DNA from: Spirochaetota bacterium
Lineage (GTDB): Bacteria; Spirochaetota; UBA4802; UBA5550
DNA length: 64,000 bases
Direction: 5' to 3'
NCBI GenBank assembly: GCA_963664815.2
Contig: CAXXHB010000003.1
Coordinates: 2,368,001-2,432,000, forward strand
The position numbers and the translations under genes were made by a program. Under the pieces are notes generated by a model. That model had not been told where the DNA came from, did no database searches, and worked only from the letters and a program-made list of their open reading frames with translations. Of the stretch, positions 58,703 through 64,000 are shown one piece after another; the first letter of the stretch is position 1; every line of letters starts with the position of its first letter.

Positions 58703-59449
58703 CTATCGCTTCTCCGCTATTAGAGAAAAATATCCCGGCTTCAATGCCGACGCAGCATTCATAAAAGCCTTCATATTGTTTTCACCAGATAACCCGCATT
58801 TAAACAATCCGCAGACAGGTACATCATTCAGGATAAGTCCTGCTATGAACTCTCTCCATAGCTGTGAATAATCTTTCCACTCCAGAATTTTCAATTCTGA
58901 ATCTTCAATATTTTTTATAATCTCACTATATGTTAAAGCGCCGGAGAGTACACCGGGCGGATTTCCTTCTGAAGTTCCTGCTTCAGTTCCATTACGTATA
59001 TAGATATCAGACATTGCAAGCCTCCCTCCATGGCCAAGAACACGCCCTATCTCTTTCAATACACGATTTATATTTCCGGTTGCCGACAGGCTGCATTCTG
59101 CAATTACACCGTCAAATGATTCATTCTTAAAGGGAAGAAATCCGGCATCCCCCTGTACCAGTTTCAGAAATGGAAATTTACTGAGTCCATTTATTAAAAG
59201 TGATCCTGAAATATCAATACCTGCAGCTTTAAACAGATATTTCCTCTCGAGAAGCTCAATACTTATCCCCTGTCCGCATCCTGTGTCAAGAATCCTCGCC
59301 CCATTTTTAAAACCAGCAGATTCAATCAGACGTTCTGTAAGAAGTAATCCACCGGGCCTTACACCTTCAGGAAAAAGTGAGAATAAGCTGTTATCATAAG
59401 GATTTAACAGCTCTTTTTCAACAGGTTTTAAAGATAAAACAGGATTCAT
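58703..59449 (-). CDS. trsM: SAM-dependent methyltransferase (DVU_1556 family)
   Basis: RPGGLLLT; ILDTGCGQG; GIDIS; GDA..LPF..ESFDGV.AECSLS; start moved to ATG 59449 (ATGA overlap). Confidence 0.85.
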   Translation of the reverse strand: MNPVLSLKPVEKELLNPYDNSLFSLFPEGVRPGGLLLTERLIESAGFKNGARILDTGCGQGISIELLERKYLFKAAGIDISGSLLINGLSKFPFLKLVQGDAGFLPFKNESFDGVIAECSLSATGNINRVLKEIGRVLGHGGRLAMSDIYIRNGTEAGTSEGNPPGVLSGALTYSEIIKNIEDSELKILEWKDYSQLWREFIAGLILNDVPVCGLFKCGLSGENNMKAFMNAASALKPGYFSLIAEKR

Positions 59450-59646
59450 TTGTCCTCTAATGCTTTTTCCGCCATATCCATCTTCCCCAGAGCGAGATCT
59501 TCCGGAATATATACAAGCCCGCATTTCGGACATTTCAACAGGTCAACAGGAAAGCTGCTGCTCAGATATGTAAGTGTAACCTTCCCTGGCGTCAAATCTA
59601 TACCGCATTTACCACATTCCAGGCCTGACTGAATACTTTTACCCAT
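59446..59646 (-). CDS. small CxxC redox protein (DVU_1557 family)
   Basis: CGKC...L....V..TYL...FPV.L.KCPKCG.VYIPEDLALGKM..AE..LEDK. Confidence 0.88.
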   Translation of the reverse strand: MGKSIQSGLECGKCGIDLTPGKVTLTYLSSSFPVDLLKCPKCGLVYIPEDLALGKMDMAEKALEDK

Positions 59647-59656
59647 TCTCCATACT

Positions 59657-61984
59657 CTACCCTTTTATTTCAAGACGATGGCTATACGCATTATGAACAG
59701 TAAAACCTCCGGAGCCTGCCGAATACTCAACCCAGTATGTAACCTTCACAGGCTGAAAATAAGCAATATAATGACCGTTCTCTTTGTTCTTCAGTTTATT
59801 CCCGGTTTTTTCCGCATATGAAACTACGGACAGGATATCCGAATCGAGTATCATCCGATCTTCAATTATCCGCCGTGTTTCATCAGGTATAATCAGTTTA
59901 ACTTCATTTATTTCATCCTCAACATGCTCATTCCATAATTCACGTAATACCATTTTTTTCAGTTTTGATCTGTTTTCCTGGCGTTTGGAATAACCCGGGC
60001 TCTCTTTCATTGCAGATTCATCACCGCAATTGTCAAAAATCAGGTCCAGAATATGAAATGACCTTTTACCATGATTCGCAAAATTATCGCGGCACATGGC
60101 ACAGTATGAAACATAATCATAATCACTTTCCTGTATCCTTTTATTTATTACCATGTCCGCCACCTCCCTGTTTGCATAAATCATCAATCCGCCATAGCTG
60201 CAGCAGACAGTACGATCGCAATTGCCCGGCAGTTCCTCAACATGGTGTCCTTTCCTGGTAATAATATTGCGTATACTTCTGTGTATTTCATTTTCAAATC
60301 TCGTAGTACAACTGTCATGTACTGCCAGTTTCATTTTCTCTGCTGCCGTTACTTCAGAACCCGGAAGTCCGATACGGTCAAGAACAGTCCATACTGTCTC
60401 CACCCTGATATCCCTGATGCCATTTTTAAGCATATAATAGCATGAGGGACATGCGGTAATTACAGCAGGTTTTCCGGAATTATTCCACTCATTTTCAAAC
60501 GACATCAATGTATCGGAAAACAGTTTTTCATCACCGGCCCATCCGGCCGGCGCTCCGCAGCAGCCGAGCATTAATCCAACACCCCCCTCTATTTTCCCGC
60601 AGAGGTACTGATATAGTTTTTTCACATAAACAGGGTATGAAGCGGAAAGCTGACACCCAGGGAAAAAAACTGTTTTACCTGAATTAGTACCGGGCTGATA
60701 TCTGTTAAGCTTAAATTCTTCACTGTTGCTGAAATGCATATCCCGCAGTGCAAAATCATGTGTTGACGGCGGCATTTTATTTTTGGCAACCATCATCTTT
60801 CTCGCTTCTGCACAGATTTCCCCCATATTAAGCCTGTTCGGGCAGACTTCCGCGCAGAGACCGCATAAACTGCAGGAATTTATCATTTTATTGGAGCGGT
60901 GTATACCCATGACAATAGACAGGTTGTTATATATTTCACGCACGTACCTTTTTGGATAGGACTTATAATAAGCAAGATATTCACACACCTTGACACACTC
61001 AAGGCATTCACACAAAAGACATCGTCCGGATTCATCAATTCCCTCATCGATTGTATAGCCTGCAGTCTTATCTGACATCTTTGTAACCGGCCTGCTCACC
61101 ACACCCTCAATATTTGTAAAAAGCTCCGACTCGTAAGAGCCTTCCCTGCTCCTGTTTGCAGTCAGTGATGCATTCTGCAGAAAACGGTCAATGGAATTGG
61201 CCGCAATTTTACCATCAGATATAGAATTTACAGCTGACCATTTTTCTTTTTCATTACGCAGGCTTCCCCCTGCAAAAACATTAGGAACAACAGTTGAGAG
61301 AGTCTGAGAATCTATAATAACGCTTTCTTTTATACCAGTACCAAAGATATAATCCAAACCTTTGCTGTCTTTATTTCCTGTCCCGACATAGACGGCATCA
61401 TATTCTTTGTACAGATCTTCAAAAGATATATCAGAATTATTGCCGACTTTTTTATTATAATTTATCGATACAGGCAGTGTATCAAAAACAGATAAATCAT
61501 TTTCTATTAAGTGTTCCGGAAGAATCTCTTCCGGAAAATCTCTGGTTCTACCCCCGATCTTTCCGGAGGCCTCATATACTGTAACAGAAAAACCTTTCTG
61601 AACGAGTTCCATTGCAACCGTAAGCCCGCTGAGGCCGGCTCCTACAACAGCAACTTTTTTTTCTTTTAATGGCGGAGTGATAATCTTTGGAGCAGGTTTT
61701 GTATTATGTTCAACGCAGATTTTTTCAAGTGCCCTGATTGATATAGATTCATCAATTTTTTTCCTGATGCAGTAATCACGGCATGGTTGACTGCATATCC
61801 GGCTTATAATTCCGGGGAAAGGAACCGCCTTTCGTAATATGGAAAATCCATCCGGGAATTCGTTTCTCTGAACAGAGGTAATCATTTTTCTTACATCAAC
61901 ATGTAAAGGACACCCTGAAGTGCAGCCGGGCGGATTTTCCTGTATACACCTGTTTTCCTGTTCGTGCAGCTGATCCTGGTCCAT
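59657..61984 (-). CDS. pyridine nucleotide-disulfide oxidoreductase / 4Fe-4S dicluster / CCG-domain protein (DVU_1558 type)
   Basis: C...CP.H.D; RIC..PC...C; VVGAG.SG; CLLCECLEC; CSLCGLC.EVCP; FFPGCQ; CCG; HDSC; CCSYGG. Confidence 0.88.
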   Translation of the reverse strand: MDQDQLHEQENRCIQENPPGCTSGCPLHVDVRKMITSVQRNEFPDGFSILRKAVPFPGIISRICSQPCRDYCIRKKIDESISIRALEKICVEHNTKPAPKIITPPLKEKKVAVVGAGLSGLTVAMELVQKGFSVTVYEASGKIGGRTRDFPEEILPEHLIENDLSVFDTLPVSINYNKKVGNNSDISFEDLYKEYDAVYVGTGNKDSKGLDYIFGTGIKESVIIDSQTLSTVVPNVFAGGSLRNEKEKWSAVNSISDGKIAANSIDRFLQNASLTANRSREGSYESELFTNIEGVVSRPVTKMSDKTAGYTIDEGIDESGRCLLCECLECVKVCEYLAYYKSYPKRYVREIYNNLSIVMGIHRSNKMINSCSLCGLCAEVCPNRLNMGEICAEARKMMVAKNKMPPSTHDFALRDMHFSNSEEFKLNRYQPGTNSGKTVFFPGCQLSASYPVYVKKLYQYLCGKIEGGVGLMLGCCGAPAGWAGDEKLFSDTLMSFENEWNNSGKPAVITACPSCYYMLKNGIRDIRVETVWTVLDRIGLPGSEVTAAEKMKLAVHDSCTTRFENEIHRSIRNIITRKGHHVEELPGNCDRTVCCSYGGLMIYANREVADMVINKRIQESDYDYVSYCAMCRDNFANHGKRSFHILDLIFDNCGDESAMKESPGYSKRQENRSKLKKMVLRELWNEHVEDEINEVKLIIPDETRRIIEDRMILDSDILSVVSYAEKTGNKLKNKENGHYIAYFQPVKVTYWVEYSAGSGGFTVHNAYSHRLEIKG

Positions 61985-62326
61985 TCTATTCCCTCTATTG
62001 TTAGATTTACCCGGGAATTCTCATTAAAAAATATTTTATAATCATGAATCATGTCATCTGTCAATCGCATATCTGAAATAAAGATTAATATTATTATACC
62101 ATCTTTATGCTGAATCTCAATTTAATATAAATATTTCTCAATAGCCTGCGTAATATTCTGAAATCTGTCATTGCCATAACCGATATCGATCTGACGTTCT
62201 TTTCAGGAAAAGGTTCACTATATTTATATATTTCCCATACCATATAACAGATACTTCAATCTCTGACAGTTGTTTGCAATAACATACTGCATAATATTTC
62301 AAATGCAGAATACTTCAAATAGTCCC

Positions 62327-62363
62327 GAAACGGGCTGTTGGTTAAATACCTCCAGCCCGTTTC
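62327..62363. terminator. hairpin downstream of the aldehyde oxidoreductase gene
   Basis: gaaacgggctg...cagcccgtttc 11-bp stem. Confidence 0.5.
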
Positions 62364-62392
62364 AGGTTATTCAGCTTAATATTTTCATGCTT

Positions 62393-64000
62393 TTACTTCT
62401 TTTTTTTACTCAACCCCGCTTTAATCTTTTCAGGAAGAGCAGGTACTGCATAAATACGTACTCCGCATGCATTATATATCGCATTTAGAATTGCAGGATG
62501 CGGAGCTGTCAACGGAGCTTCACCAACTCCTGCTGCACCATGTGGCCCCAGAGGACGTGGTGATATGTTGTATAATATCTCCATGTCATCCGGTATATCC
62601 TGAATGTACGGCAAACCGCAGGCTGCGAGTGTTGTATGTTTTTTCAGATCTTCAAAGTCCTCCGTAAGGGCAAGACCTATCCCCTGAGCAAGGCCTCCGT
62701 AAATCTGTCCGTCTGTTACAAGCTGGTTTGTAATTGTTCCGATATCCGCTATAGTTGTAAATTTGACGACTTTAGCCTTGCCGGTTTTCATATCAACTTC
62801 AACTTCAGGCATAAATAACTCATACATATATACAGGGAAAGGATTCCCCTGTCCGGTAACGCTGTCGCATGCGGAACAATCCGATGCTGTCCAGGTCCCG
62901 TCATAATGCAACGGAATTTTTTCAGCCACCATTTCATCGTATGTGCGGTATTTGCCGTTCTTTTTCTTCATGGCATTCAGCAGCATCTCACACGAGACCC
63001 TGATTGAATTTCCGGTGAAGGTATTATTGCGGCTTCCGCCCGAAGGACCGCTGTTTGGCGTAAGGGCAGTATCATTCATTAACAGTTTTATCTGTTCAGG
63101 TTTAAATCCTGCCGGACGCAGAGTTTCATGAGCGTGTGCAAATGCGCCCATATCCGCCCCCTGACCATGATCTTCCCAAGAACTTCCGACCAGAACTCCG
63201 TCCTTTGTAAGTTCAACCCAGGCCTGTGAACTGTCAGGGCCGTCAAGGCCGCAGCCATATATACCGAGTGACAGACCCACTCCCCGTTTTATATCGTCAG
63301 TGGAATCATCTTCACAGCGTTTCTTTGCCTTCTTCCATAGCGGCCGCAGTTTATTGAACATCTCCTCTAGACAGAAAACTTCCGGAGTCTGTCCCGTTGG
63401 AGTTGTTGCTCCCGGTCTGTAGATATTCTTGAACCTCAGTTCAAGCGGATCCATTCCGAGTTTTTCAGCAAGTTCATCCATTGCAATTTCCGACGCAAGG
63501 AATGCCTGAGGCGAACCGTATGCCCTGAATGCCGAACCCCATGCATGGTTTGTACACACCGTACGGCCCCTTCCGCGGATATTAGGAATATCATATCCCG
63601 CTCCGAGAAACTGCGCCTGTCTGACAGTGAGCAGATCCCCGAATTCCGAATACGGCCCATGGTCAATAAACCAGTCACCTTCCATCGCAAGGAGTTTTCC
63701 TGTTTTATCCGCTGCCATTTTGCAGTTTACAAATCCAGGCGATCGTTTCCCGGTGTAGGTTATCTGCTGAAACATATCAAATACAAGCGAAACGGGTTTC
63801 CCTGTTGCCATACATGCAACTCCAAGCAGAGCTTCTATAGTAGGGCTGAACTTATACCCGAAAGTCCCTCCCGTAGGATTCTGTATAAGGCGTAGTTTCT
63901 CAGGTTCAATTCCTAATCCGGGACATATCATTGCATGATGAAGGTGTATTCCTATACTCTTTGAATGAATTGTCAAACGCCCCTCATCATCAAAATAAGC
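62393..64000 (-). CDS. mop: molybdopterin-dependent aldehyde oxidoreductase (Mop type), 5' end outside the window
   Basis: Frame open to the window edge; GGTFGYK, WGSAFRAYG.PQ, WEDHGQG, SGGSR, DGQIYGG.AQGIG.AL.E, GVGEAP. Confidence 0.92.
   Translation of the reverse strand, partial: AYFDDEGRLTIHSKSIGIHLHHAMICPGLGIEPEKLRLIQNPTGGTFGYKFSPTIEALLGVACMATGKPVSLVFDMFQQITYTGKRSPGFVNCKMAADKTGKLLAMEGDWFIDHGPYSEFGDLLTVRQAQFLGAGYDIPNIRGRGRTVCTNHAWGSAFRAYGSPQAFLASEIAMDELAEKLGMDPLELRFKNIYRPGATTPTGQTPEVFCLEEMFNKLRPLWKKAKKRCEDDSTDDIKRGVGLSLGIYGCGLDGPDSSQAWVELTKDGVLVGSSWEDHGQGADMGAFAHAHETLRPAGFKPEQIKLLMNDTALTPNSGPSGGSRNNTFTGNSIRVSCEMLLNAMKKKNGKYRTYDEMVAEKIPLHYDGTWTASDCSACDSVTGQGNPFPVYMYELFMPEVEVDMKTGKAKVVKFTTIADIGTITNQLVTDGQIYGGLAQGIGLALTEDFEDLKKHTTLAACGLPYIQDIPDDMEILYNISPRPLGPHGAAGVGEAPLTAPHPAILNAIYNACGVRIYAVPALPEKIKAGLSKKKK

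Noticed and set aside
53049-59646. Selenocysteine read-through in the TrsS, C-GCAxxG-C-C or neighbouring genes
   Set aside because: These ORFs are full length with Cys at the motif positions. The TGA stops in the cluster overlap or abut the next start codon.

Overview
AT-rich bacterial chromosomal window, most consistent with an anaerobic spirochaete or similar diderm. This is inferred from the many spirochaete-style lipoproteins, the DUF4105/DUF3015 pair and the anaerobic redox genes. Left end (1-2.3 kb): probable mobile/defence remnant with a DUF262 GmrS-like gene, an orphan, ssb and a frameshifted HNH endonuclease that the ORF track misses. Middle: envelope and fatty-acid genes, including two paralogous FN3/beta-barrel plus lipoprotein pairs, several beta-propeller lipoproteins, an acyl-CoA ligase, two CoA-transferases, a thiolase, perR-rubrerythrin, two TA pairs, a CDF exporter and an Nramp-type/MgtE_N-CBS magnesium operon with an MgtL-like leader ORF. 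Right end (50.9-64 kb): Mop-type aldehyde oxidoreductase cluster of DVU_1551-1559 type. The best candidate for an undescribed system is at 24.9-27.7 kb: a Tat-lipoprotein WD40 propeller carrying a C-terminal Gly/Ser-rich tail with six Cys (three CxC motifs), directly upstream of a radical SAM/SPASM enzyme with an RRE-like N-terminus. This suggests a RiPP-like substrate fused to an exported scaffold. All family calls are from motif recognition by eye; no searches were run. No rRNA, tRNA or CRISPR array was seen.
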